64,000 bases of DNA from Octopus vulgaris (taxonomy: Eukaryota), in contig OX597843.1 of assembly GCA_951406725.2 (NCBI GenBank), positions 9,424,001 to 9,488,000 on the forward strand, read 5' to 3'. The position numbers and the translations under genes were made by a program. Positions 24,734 through 36,655 of this stretch are shown piece after piece. The notes below the pieces were generated by a model. The model was not told the origin of the DNA. It made no database searches and worked only from the letters and a program-made list of their open reading frames with translations. Position 1 is the stretch's first letter. The number at the start of each line of letters is the position of its first letter.

Positions 24734-25035
24734 AATAATCAAGGAGATCAAAAATTCCAAATAAGGCTTTGGCAATCCCTCTAACCCATGCTGGCAAGGA
24801 AAAAGTAAATGTATGAAGATACGGAGGGCCAAATATTTTTGGAGAAAACACGGTTGATTATTTTAACGCCATTACTCAGACTGGTATGAGTGTGTGTGTG
24901 CGTGGCTTAGTGGTTAGGTTGTTGCACTCACAATCACAAAATCATGCTTTCAATTCCCAGAAGGGACAATGCCTTGTGTCCTTGAGTAAAAGACTTCAGC
25001 TCCCATTGTTCTGTGATCACTTCAGCAAGTCTACT

Positions 25036-25620
25036 CAAATGTAGGTCAGTATGACATTGCACTGAGTAACCCAGCCAAAAGTAGGTCACCACAATCATTG
25101 CACCAAGTCACACAGTTAAAGTAGGTCAGGAGGCAACTGCTGAACCGCCTACTCTAAAATAGGTCAATATGACATTGCACCAGGTAATCCAATCTTAAGT
25201 AGGTCAGCAGGCCATTGTTCTGAGCTACCTACACTAAAGCAGGTCACTATGACATTGCACCCAGTCACAAGTAGGTCAAGAGGCAATTGCTCCCAGTCAC
25301 CTACTCTAAAGTAGGTCAGCATGACATTGCATCAGGTCACCCAGTCATAAGTAGGTCAGCAGGCCACTGCACTGAGCTACCTACACTAAAGCAGGTCACT
25401 ATGACATTGCACCAAGTCACCCAGTCACAAGTAGGTCGGCATGACAATGCAGTGAATCACCAGACATGAAGTAGGTCATAACAACATCATACAAAGTCAC
25501 CCAGTTAAATCTAGGTCTGAATGACATAGCACCAAGTCTGAAAGGGGTCGTTACAACACTGCAGCAAGTCACCTAGTGAAATTTAGGTCACGATGACATT
25601 GTACTCTAGTCACCCAGTCG
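25036..25620. repeat. Diverged 40-bp tandem array with conserved AAGTAGGTCA core (~15 units)
   Basis: AGGTC at 25043, 25083, 25123, 25161, 25201, 25241, 25273, 25313, 25353, 25393, 25433, 25473, 25513 and 25585. Confidence 0.9.
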
Positions 25621-25712
25621 AATATAGATAATACAGTTCTATATTTGGGAGATGAGGAATTCTGTACATTATTTACATTTGACGGATATTTGCCCTCATC
25701 TTGTTTGTTGTT

Positions 25713-25758
25713 AACACAATGTTTCGGCTGATACACCCTCCAGCCTTCATCAGGTGTC
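25713..25758 (-). ncRNA. Minimal hammerhead ribozyme motif, second copy (within a Penelope-like tail at 25632-25790)
   Basis: Minus strand gacac-CTGATGA-a-GGCTG(gagggtgtat)CAGCC-GAAAC-ATT-gtgtt. Stem I is gacac/gtgtt. Flanks are homologous to 8745-8855. Confidence 0.78.
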
Positions 25759-25960
25759 TTGGGGAAATTTCAAACCCAGGTTTGAAATTTCAGGTACTCA
25801 GCCTTTTGCACGTTAACCTTATGAGCAGGCTGTTCCATTGATCGGATCATCTGGAACCTTTGTTGCAGTAATCAACAGAGTGCCAGTTTTCTTCATATCA
25901 ACACATATTAAAGAGACAGCATCAGTGAGAATTGAACCCCTATCTCTAAGTTGTGTGTAC

Positions 25961-26678
25961 TTAACCCTTTTGATACCAACCCAGTTGAAACCACTTCTGG
26001 TTCTGTAGTACAAATGTCTTGTTTTCATAAGTTTTGAATTAAAATCTTCCACCAAACCTTAGTCACAATTTATGTTCCTAACACTAGCTTAATGATAACC
26101 AAGTTATTTTACTAAATTCTTTGTTATATTTAAATTAATTGAAACATTGAGCATCTCAACACAAATAGGTTAACAAAAGGGTTCAAGTCACCATGATATT
26201 TTTAACCCTTTTGATACCAACCCCGCTGAAACCAGCTCTGGCTCTGTAGTACAAATGCCTTGTTTTCATAAGTTTTGAATTAAAATCTTCCACCAAACCT
26301 TAGTTACAATTTATGTTCCTAACACTAGCTGAATGATAACTAAGTTATTTTACTTAATTCTTTGTTATATTTAAAATTAATTGAAAGAAACACAGAACAT
26401 CTCAGCAGAAATACGGTAACAAAAGGGTTAAAGTCACCATGATATTTTTAACCATTTTTATACCAACCCAGCTGAAACCAACTCTGGTTCTGTAGTACAA
26501 ATATCTTGTTTACATAAGTTTTGAATTAAAATCTTCCACCAAACCTTAGTCACAATTTATGTTCTTAACACCAGCTTAATGATAACTAAGTTATTTTACT
26601 AAATTCTTTGTTATATTTAAAATCAATTGAAAGAAACACAGAGCATCTCAATAGAAATTAGGGTAACAAAATAGTTAA
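25961..26678. mobile_element. Three tandem copies of a ~225-bp piggyBac-type MITE
   Basis: TTAA-CCCTTTTG...CAAAAGGG-TTAA termini. Units at ~25961, ~26202 and ~26447, separated by agtcaccatgatattt. A related fragment lies at 305-380. Confidence 0.75.
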
Positions 26679-26695
26679 GATTATACTCCTTAGAA

Positions 26696-27049
26696 CAGTG
26701 GTTATCAACTGGGGTCCCAATGACCCTTGGTGTGGGGACATGTTGGGGGTGGGGGTCTGTATGAGAATTTACTGTTAAAATTCATGAGTAATAAATTGGT
26801 TATATGATATACTCTCTCTCTTTTACTTGTTTCAGTCATTTGACTGTGGCCATGCTGGAGCACCGCCTTTTGATATACAGAATATCTATACAATTTTTTT
26901 TCACAATTGCTTATAATATTTAATTAAAAAATATAATGGTTTTTTTTTTTAAACATGGGGGTAGATGTGGGGACCCAGAAGAATAAAAAAGGAATCAAAG
27001 GGGGTTCATAGGTAAAAAAAACAACAAAACAAATGGTTGAGTAACACTG
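26696..27049. mobile_element. hAT (Charlie/Buster-type) MITE
   Basis: TIRs cagtggttatcaac / gttgagtaacactg; TSD ccttagaa / ccttagac. Confidence 0.75.
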
Positions 27050-27411
27050 CCTTAGACAAAAAAGATGCTGCAAAAATAAGATGAAAAAATAAAATACAAA
27101 TCCCTCCATGACCCTCCACACATGTATACTGTGGTGAGGGCAGTTTATTACAAATAGTTCACACGGGGATGCCCACCCCTTCTGTTACTGGGTGCCAATT
27201 TGAATTGGCTTAATATCATCTGCACACATGGCCATGGGGTCGATAAAGCAAGGTAACAGAAATTGAAACATCAAATATTTCCGAAATAATACTGGTGACA
27301 CACAGACAGACATAACAAAATGGATGGATGAATATACGTACAAGAAAGACAACAACAACAATAACTAGAGAACAAAAGATAGATATGAAGAAAGGTAGGT
27401 GGGTGCCTTAC

Positions 27412-27549
27412 CCTGGAGTTTAGGCTCAGTAAAGTCTTGATTGTAATCCTTCAAGGTTTCCCGTAATTCCTCATCTTCTATCTCTATATTTTCAACATGC
27501 TGCACTTTCTGCTGAAGGACTATGCCATGTTCAAGACACGGTACTGGAT
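27412..27549 (-). CDS. CUX1: Internal coding exon of a CUX1/CASP (cut-like homeobox / Golgi CASP) homolog
   Basis: Minus strand reads tttattatttctttcttctgcag|ATCCAGTACCG...AAACTCCAGG|gtaagg, with a strong acceptor and donor. 138 nt, phase 1 at both ends. Translation (D)PVPCLEHGIVLQQKVQHVENIEIEDEELRETLKDYNQDFTEPKLQ aligns gap-free over 45 aa with human CUX1 as recalled ([46 protein letters not shown]). CUX versus CASP isoform cannot be told from this exon. Confidence 0.92.
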
Positions 27550-27826
27550 CTGCAGAAGAAAGAAATAATAAAACTTAATAACCTACTCTTGAATAAAAGA
27601 CGCTAAAAGTTAGTATTGCATAAAGGACATTAGAGATTATTGCTACCTTTCAGGCAAGTGTCTTTGGCTACAGCCCTAGTCTGACCAAACCTTTGTGAGG
27701 GGATAGGTAGATGGAAACTGAAAGAAGCCTGTTGCTTGTGTATAATATATTTTCAACTACATTTATTTCTTCTATACTACCACTCGTATGAATAAGTAAC
27801 TGTTATGTGTGTGTGCATATATGTAT

Positions 27827-27865
<39 letters not shown>

Positions 27866-28258
27866 CTAGCAGTATCGCCCGGCGTTGCTCAGGTTTGTTT
27901 TGACCCTTTAGAATAGGAATTTTTGAAAAGTAAAAATTTTGCATTATCTAGCTAGTTATTCTCTTTAAGTGAACATTTTTCTGGTTGAAATACACCGAAA
28001 AATGGTGACACAGCAGTCAAAAAATCGTTAAAAAAATAGGGATTTTCATAGAAAAAAAAGCACCTTTTTGATGTAAATAATTTTTGGTGTTAACACGGTC
28101 CGATTTGAATTTTATCTTCTACGGAATGAAGATCAAGCCTTCTTCTATCATACTCTCAATTTTAGTCAACTTGCGCCGCAGGGTCTTGGAGGAGATAGTG
28201 TTAGTTGAAGGCTACCAAACCTGCCACACACAAACAACTTCAGCTTTATATATATAGA
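27866..28258 (-). mobile_element. Non-autonomous Helitron family A, complete monomer (393 bp)
   Basis: Minus strand TC...hairpin (cctgagcaacgccggg)...CTAG, inserted in a TA tract. A further fragment at 28327-28591 carries the internal-duplication junction. Confidence 0.88.
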
Positions 28259-28867
28259 TATACATATATACGACAGGCTTCTTTCAGTTTCCATCTACCA
28301 AATCCACTCACAAGGCTTTGGTTGACCCTTTTTGATGTAAATAATTTTTGGTGTTAACATGGTCCGATTTGAATTTTTTCTTCTACGGATTGAAGAGCAA
28401 GCCTTCTTCTATCATACTCTCAATTTTGGTCAACTTGCACCACAGGGTCTCAGAGGAGATAGTGTTAGTTGAAGGCTACCAAACCTGCCATACACAGACA
28501 ACTTCAGCTTTATAAATCGTAAGAAATAGGGATTTACATAGAAAAAAAGCACCTTTTTGATGTAAATAATTTTTGGTGTTAACATGGTCCGAGAGCCACT
28601 GCCTGGTACTGCATCAGGGCATGGATCCCTGAATAAAGGTTGTTTAAGGATGTTGAACAAACCACCCATGTTTCCAAAGGTGAATTATCCAAACCCCCAA
28701 AGAATTCCTTTCAACACATGGCTATGATGCTCCCCCACTACTTCTACTCCTGATCAGAGATGCACATATTGTCAGCCACCAAGGGACATGCTCAACTGGT
28801 TAAGGTCAAACAACTGACAAGCAAATCTGTGGTATTGAGCAGAATATTTGCTGTAGCCCATCTTTTA

Positions 28868-28906
<39 letters not shown>

Positions 28907-28931
28907 CATTATTATTATTATCATTATTATT

Positions 28932-29160
28932 ATTAACCCTTTGGTGTTCAAATTTCTCTATTAAATGTAATACTTTTTCACTCAAATTGTTTTGAATTAA
29001 TCATGCATTATGTCATAGCTTTAAGGTTTCAATGATATGATTGTTTATTTTTAGAATGTCACTGTAGGTTAGGTGTGAGAGGCTGGATATGGCCAATTTG
29101 AATATAAAACATGTAGAATATTTGGGCCGGACATGGCCGGTTTAAACACTAAAGGGTTAA
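28932..29160. mobile_element. Second TTAA/piggyBac-type MITE family
   Basis: ttaaccctttggtgtt...aacactaaagggttaa. Inverted homolog at 47652-47880; fragments at ~15820 and ~39281-39416. Confidence 0.72.
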
Positions 29161-29578
29161 TGAATGAGAGGTGGCGGATGGTGTCATGAAAAAAAAAGTG
29201 GCAAGATCTTGGACTTCCTGTCTGCATATACAGCAGCAGCAATAGTAGTGATGATGGTGGTGTAGAGGTGTTGGCGGCGGCGGTGGTGTCGGATGGTGGT
29301 AGTGGTGGTGGTAGTGGTAGATGCTGATAAAGGAACTTATGGTTGTTATATTATCCTTGTGTTTGTGCGTGTGTGTGTGTGTTGTCATCACAGTTAATTT
29401 TGTTGTTGCTGTTGTTGTTGTTGTTGTTGTTTCCGTTACAAGTCACAATCAGTTTACACACACAAAACCATTGTCAAAGAAATAAGAGCCAACAGTTATG
29501 TCCAATTAAAATCTGAGGTCAGAGTTTGATGTAAGAAATCACACACACATTGTTATACATAAACGTGTGTGTGTGTGT

Positions 29579-29610
<32 letters not shown>

Positions 29611-29704
29611 CTGTGTCTGTTTGTGCGCCGCGTGCATATAGGTACATATACACATAGATATATGCGTAATAGATAGATAACTGGTTACATGTGTGTATAT
29701 AGAC

Positions 29705-29745
<41 letters not shown>

Positions 29746-30113
29746 TCATCATCATTTAAGGCGGACGCTAAATGATGATGATGATGATGATAATATATAT
29801 ACACACACACATATACAAACACATATATATCTTTACACATACATATATATCTATCTATACACACATATATATTTAATGTGCACATACACATACACACAAA
29901 AATATATATATATATTCAAAGTACACATATATAATACATATATGTCCATATACACACACACACACACATATATATAGAGAGGTACATATACACATACATG
30001 CATGAGTAAAAGATAGAAATTCATGTTTATAAGTGTGTGTGTGTGTTTGTGTGTGTATATAGGTACACACAGATATATATATCAGTAATAAATAGATCTG
30101 TTTTATATATATG

Positions 30114-30146
<33 letters not shown>

Positions 30147-30440
30147 GCACATGCAGATATACACATACATAAGGAGAGAGTGCGGTGGGGGGAAGCACCG
30201 GGAGGTGGGGGGGATCAGACAAGTATATAATCATCATCATCATGACCATCATCATCATCATGTTACTAGTGTGCTCTTAGAGATTCAAACACAAATAACT
30301 TCACAGAAGAGAGAAAGAAAAAAATGCCAAACAAACATAAAACGTAAAAAAAACATAATGGTGATTAGCAACAACAATCAAAACTCTAACACTGGGAGTG
30401 AACAATGCCCAAAACATTATTGTACGGATGTACATGTGTG

Positions 30441-30479
<39 letters not shown>

Positions 30480-30540
30480 ACACACATATATATATATATA
30501 TAAACACGTGTATAAACATACATGTATGTATGTGCATATA

Positions 30541-30580
<40 letters not shown>

Positions 30581-30770
30581 CACACACACACGCATATGTA
30601 TATATGCATGTGTGTATAAACATACATGTATGTGTGTGCATATAAACACACACACACACATATATGTATATATGTGTGTGCATATAGACATATATATATA
30701 TAAACACACACACACACATATATGTATATATGCATGTGTTTATAAACATACATGTATGTGTGTGCATATA

Positions 30771-30804
<34 letters not shown>

Positions 30805-30877
30805 ATGTATATATGTATATATATATAAGCATATATATATATATATATATTGTATGTATATATGTATATATATATAA

Positions 30878-30915
<38 letters not shown>

Positions 30916-31039
30916 GTACACACATCTATATCTATAAACACATGCATATATATATATATGTATTTATAAACATATATATATGTATGTATATATGTATACA
31001 CTCACACATATGTATGTATGCACATACAGACAGAGACCA

Positions 31040-31078
<39 letters not shown>

Positions 31079-31327
31079 GAGATGTGAAGTGCGTGAACTT
31101 GTAAGTGCTTCAGTATATGAATGTGTGTGAGGTGTTGTGTGTGATAGGTGAGTGTGCATGAGTGCGTGTGTGTGTGTGTGCGCGCACACGTTTTGTAGTG
31201 TGTGTGTGCGTGTGTGTGTGTGTGTGTGTTTGTGCGTGTGTCTATTGTTTAGAGTGAATTAATCTAAGATCTGGTCACAACAGTTTAGTCTTTTTTTTGA
31301 AGAGAGGGAGGAAAAGGAGGAAGTGGA

Positions 31328-31358
<31 letters not shown>

Positions 31359-31635
31359 GGGTGTGTGTGGGAGGGAAGGAGAGAGAGGAAAGTGATGGGT
31401 GTGTGTGTGTATGTGTGTGTGCACATGTAAGTTGATGTAAAAGGAGAAATCTGATGAAATCAGATGAGTCTATTGGGTGATTATAGAGGGGTGACAGGGT
31501 TAGATTCCAGACAAACCTTAACTTTTCATTAATGAAATACAATAGGAAAAGGTTCACAGGTTGTATGTATGACATACATACATAGAACTAGCTTGTATAC
31601 AACTGCTACAGGTATGTGTGTGTATACATCCATAC

Positions 31636-31682
<47 letters not shown>

Positions 31683-31684
<2 letters not shown>

Positions 31685-31948
31685 TGCAGGAGTGGCTGTG
31701 TGGTAAGTAGCTTGCTTACCAACCACATGGTTCCAGGTTCAGTCCCACTGCGTGGTACCTTGGGCAAGTGTCTTCTACAATAGCCTCGGGCCGACCAAAG
31801 CCTTGTGAGTGGATTTGGTAGACGGAAACTGAATGAAGCCCGTCGTATATATGTATATATATATAGATATGTGTGCGTTTTTGTCCCCCTAGCATTGCTT
31901 GACAACCGTTGCTGATGTGTTTATGTCCCCATCACTTAGCGGTTGGTC

Positions 31949-31950
<2 letters not shown>
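31683..31950 (+). mobile_element. Family A SINE
   Basis: Head and partial tail. Confidence 0.85.
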
Positions 31951-31993
<43 letters not shown>

Positions 31994-32479
31994 GTTTTAT
32001 CCTTTACATGTTTCAGTCATTAGATTGTGGCCATGCTGGGGCACTGCCTAGAAATCCAGCCATAAGTGTTAAATAGGTCCTGTGCTTGAGGGATAAGTTT
32101 AAGAGTGCAAGAGCCGGGCAGAGTAAAGACCCCTTTGGTCATGAATGACCATGGGATTGCACCTAGAAAGTTCCCCTCCAGGGTACAAGTCCAGGGATAG
32201 TTGTTTATGGAAGACCAGCAGTCACCCAAGCATATCAGCCACCTGTCTCCACACTACTGATGTTATCCAAGGGAAAGGCAAAGGCCATGATACAGCTTGG
32301 CACCGGTGACATCTCAACTCAGTTTTACAGATAAGTGAACGGGAGCAGTGCGAAATAGAGAGTCTTGCTCAAGGACACAATACACAACCCAGGGTGGCAA
32401 AGTGTATGTAAGGCAATGTGCCCAAGTACTTTTCGAGCGTTGGCTCTCATGGAAGCAAAGTGGCTGAGATCCTTTAGAG

Positions 32480-32680
32480 CAGTGGTTTTCAACCAGGGTT
32501 CCGCGAGTACAGTCCAGGGGTTCCGCAAGAAGTTACAAAACTGCTAAAATCGGCAGTAATTTTTAATTCTCCTGTGCAGATATGTGTGCATAAGACTATT
32601 AAATTATTGCACAGGGGTTCCTTGAGCCAGTGGAATGTTTCCTTGGGGTTCCGCTCCAGCAAAAACTTTGAAAAGCACTG
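32480..32680. mobile_element. hAT (Charlie/Buster-type) MITE, 201 bp
   Basis: TIRs cagtggttttcaa / ttgaaaagcactg; perfect 8-bp TSD ctttagag at 32472-32479 and 32681-32688. Confidence 0.9.
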
Positions 32681-32842
32681 CTTTAGAGCATGGGGCCTTA
32701 ACAAGGCAATGACAGACCTTTGGCATCATGTTGTGCTTGAGAAGAAGACCCATCAAGCCAAGCAAAACACAGTTGTGGCAGATACCGGTGTCATGCAAAT
32801 GGCACCTGTGCCAGTGGAACATAAATCACCCATTACACTCTT

Positions 32843-33510
32843 CATCATCATCATTGTTCGACCGTGGTCGAGACAATGGAATTTACCATGCTACGCCAGA
32901 CTTCACGGTCCATCATAGCATTACGGAGGTCCTGTTGCTGGATGCCTCTGTATCCCTGGAGATTACATCAGGGTAGGAGAATGTGGGCCCTCTGATATTG
33001 CGAGTAGATGGCTTCCAGAGGAGAAGAGTAGAAATTACCTCGTTTTCAGCTCTACAACAATGTCCAGCAAACTGGACTCTCCTACCTTTCACAAGAGATG
33101 ACACAGGTGGTAGTTTCCCATATATTTGCATTTTGGTTGGATGACGCTTCCATGAGAGATTTTGAGCTCTCATAAGGAGGCGAGCGTAGGTTCCATCCAA
33201 CTGCCTCTCGAAGTGTGTGCGCCCTCTGGTATTGCGAGTAGATGGCTTCCAGAGGAGAAGAGTAGAAATTACCTCGTTTTCAGCTCTACAACAATGTCCA
33301 GCAAACTGGACTCTCCTACCTTTCACAAGAGATGACACAGGTGGTAGTTTCCCATATATTTGCATTTTGGTTGGATGGTGCTTCCATGAGAGATTTTGAG
33401 CTCTCATAAGGAGGCGAGTGTAGGTTCCATCCAACCGCCTCTCAAGCTTCTTTGATAACGTCCAGGTTTCTGAGCCATATAGTAGAATTGGTTCGACTGT
33501 GGCTTTGAAG
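32843..33510 (-). mobile_element. 5'-truncated RTE-clade LINE (family RTE-A) with a 234-bp internal duplication, nested in a family C element
   Basis: ORF2 C-terminus IFKATVEPILLYGSETWTL...FAGHCCR; (gat)n tail; 11-bp TSD attacactctt at 32832-32842 and 33511-33521. Confidence 0.92.
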
Positions 33511-34147
33511 ATTACACTCTTGGAGTGGTTGGCATTAGGAAGGGCAACCAGCTGTAGAAAACCATGCCACATCAGACTGAAATCTGGTGCAGCCTTACAG
33601 CATACCAGCCCTGGTCAAACTGTCCAACCCCATGCCAGTATGGACATGGACATTAAATGATGATGATGATGATGATGATGATATATAGATGTGTGTGTGT
33701 GTAAAAGGTACAAAGGTAAAGGCCCCTTTGGTTCTGAATGGCTGCGGTGTTGCACCTAGAAAGTTCCCCTAAAGGGCACAAGTCCAGGCAAAGTTGTTTG
33801 AGGAAGACCTTTGGCCAGCTGGATCACAGCTGACCTGGACTTACTCAATGACAACAGGTTCAACTGCAATTAACACCAATGACGGCTGACACAATTCTGA
33901 ATATTTCAATGAGGATCATTACAGAATTGTGTGTGTGTGTGTATGTGTGTGTACGTACATAAGTATACATCCATATATATGTGTATTCAGTGTTCGAAAC
34001 ATCAGATAACATCTCTTCCTCTCCTTCTCTCTCTCATTCTATTCATCCAATACGACAAGTCTCTTTTCCCCCCCCTCGCCAACCACCCCCTTCATCTAGT
34101 TCCTGTTCGCTCAATGACTTCGTGTGCATGTATAGCACACGTAGCTG

Positions 34148-34181
<34 letters not shown>

Positions 34182-34264
34182 CGAAAAGTTATCACCAAAT
34201 TCCACACAAAGCACTGGCAATATCAGTAATTATTATTAAACGCTAGATACCATAAAGAAACAGC

Positions 34265-34570
34265 GCCACCACCACCACTACTACAACCGCCACTACCACC
34301 ATCACCACTACTACCACCACCACCACTACTACAACCGCCACTACCACCATCACCACTACTACCACCACCACCACTACTACAACCGCCACTACCACCATCA
34401 CCACCACCACTACCACCACCACCACTACCACCACTACTACAACCGCCACTACCACCATCACCACTACCACCACTACTACAACCGCCACTATCACCACTAC
34501 CACCACCACCACTACTACAACCGCCACTACCATCACCACCACCACTACTACAACCGCCACTACCACCATC
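34265..34570. repeat. (ACC/ACT)-based compound minisatellite
   Basis: Repeated ccaccaccactactacaaccgccactaccaccatc. Confidence 0.9.
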
Positions 34571-35504
34571 TCTTTCTCTCACTTTGTAACTCTTATTTTG
34601 AAGAACTTTTCAATGGAAGAGGCAGGGGGAAGGAGGGACATGCCCATACACACACACACACACAGACAGACAGACAGACACACACTTAAGAAGTCAGAGG
34701 AAGTAGAGAAAAAGTAAAAAAAAAAACAAAACAACAAAAAAAAAAACCCCCCCAAAACGTCCAGAAGAGAGAGAAAATTCCATCACTGCCATCACCACCA
34801 CCACCACTGCCATCACCACCACTACCACCACCACCACTGCCACTACCAACACTATCAAATACAGGTCTGCCTGATCAGGATTGAGCGAAGGCTAAACAGC
34901 ACCACCACCACCACTACCACCACCACCACCAGCCCCCCCCCCCCCCGTTACAGCGGCCACCACCACCATCACCAATTTTTAGGATTGTCAAGTTGTACAT
35001 TCCATTCCACAGTTTAATGATCAGATAGATAAAGTGGAGGTTAATGAAGATGGAGGGGAGGCGGAAGGAGGGCGGGAGGGAAGGAAGGGCATGGAGTTTA
35101 GCTTATGTCTCACTCTTGATCGCTGTGAGTGCGAGTGTGAGTGCAGCCTTTCTACTTCCTCTCGATAAAAGTCCCACTCGCCTGCATGTGCATCTGTCTG
35201 TGTGAACACGTGCTCTGCTCCGTACACTCCTATTCTCGCGGCGCCGTAAACCAGTCCACTACCACAACGCTAAGCAACCACCAACACGAACACCACACCG
35301 CTACCGATACGACGTCACCTACGATAAACACACGACGACAACACTACTACAACACAAACGCAATCACCACCAACACTAATACCACCACCGCCACCGCCTC
35401 TACACAAATATTCAGCACACAGCAACGCCGCTACAACGCATCACCACGACCACCTCTACTGCCGCCAAATCAAACCTAACTATCAGCGTTTCAAATTAAA
35501 AGAA

Positions 35505-36068
35505 CTCTTTTACTTGGTTCAGTCATTTGACTGCGGCCATGCTGGAGCACCACCTTTAGTCGAGCAACTCGACCCCGGGACTTATTCTTTTGTAAGCCCA
35601 GTACTTATTCTATCGGTCTCTTTTGCTGAACCGCTAAGTGACGGGGACGTAAACACACCAGCATCGGTTGTCAAGCAATGCTAGGGGGACAAACACAGAC
35701 ACACAAACACACATATATATATATATATATACATATACGACAGGCTTCTTTCAGTTTCCGTCTACCAAATCCACTCACAAGGCTTTGGTCGGCCTGAGGC
35801 TATAGCAGAAGACACTTGCCCAAGGTGCCACGCAGTGGGACTGAACCCGGAACCATGTGGTTGGTAAGCAAGCTACTTACCACACAGCCACTCTTGCGCC
35901 TATATATATATATACATATATACGACGGGCTTCTTTCAGTTTCCGTCTACCAAATCCTCTCACAAGGCTCTGGTCGGCCCAAGGCTATAGCAGAAGACAC
36001 TTGCCCAAGGTGCCACGCAGTGGGACTGAACCCGGAACCATGTGGTTGGTTAGCAAGCTACTTACCAC
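35505..36068 (-). mobile_element. Family A SINE with duplicated head
   Basis: One tail, two heads. Confidence 0.87.
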
Positions 36069-36299
36069 ATGTATAAAACAAAATTGTCAGCAACGCTAGG
36101 CAAAATGCTTCTAAGCATTTTGCCAATCTTTACATTCTGAGTTCAAATTCCACTGAGGTCGACTTTGCCTTTCGCCTTTTCGGAGTTGATAAATTAGATA
36201 CCCGCTGAATACTGGGGATAAGCAATTGACTTACACCCTCCCCTGAAAGTTGGTGGCCTTGTGTCAAAATCTGAAACCATTATTACAATTCACAAGTGT

Positions 36300-36655
36300 C
36301 ATGGCGCTCTGTCGGTTACAATGATGAGGGTTTCAAATGATCCGATCAACAGCACAGCCTGCTCGTGAAATCAACGTAAAAGTGGCTGAGCACTCCACAG
36401 ACATGTGTACTCTTAACTTAGTTCTCGGGGATATTCAGCGTGACACAGAGAGTGACAAGGCTGGCCCCTTTGAAATACAGGTACAACAGAAACAGGAAGA
36501 AAGAGTGAGAGAAAGTTGTGGCGAAAGAGTACAGCAGCGTTCACCACCATCCCCTGCCGGAGCCTCGTAGAGCTTTTAGGTGTTTTCGCTCAATAAACAC
36601 TCAATCGGGAAATCGAAACTGTGATCCAATAATCACTGGGCCATTGTGCCTCCAC
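36300..36655 (-). mobile_element. Family D tRNA-SINE
   Basis: Reverse-complement homolog of 383-575. Confidence 0.8.

Noticed and set aside
25036-25620. Conserved repeat with variable spacers, resembling a CRISPR array
   Set aside because: Spacers are homologous to each other and the conserved core is only ~10-15 bp.
29519-31189. Numerous YIYI/THTH/CVCV ORFs here and elsewhere
   Set aside because: Translations of (TA)n and (CA)n dinucleotide repeats.
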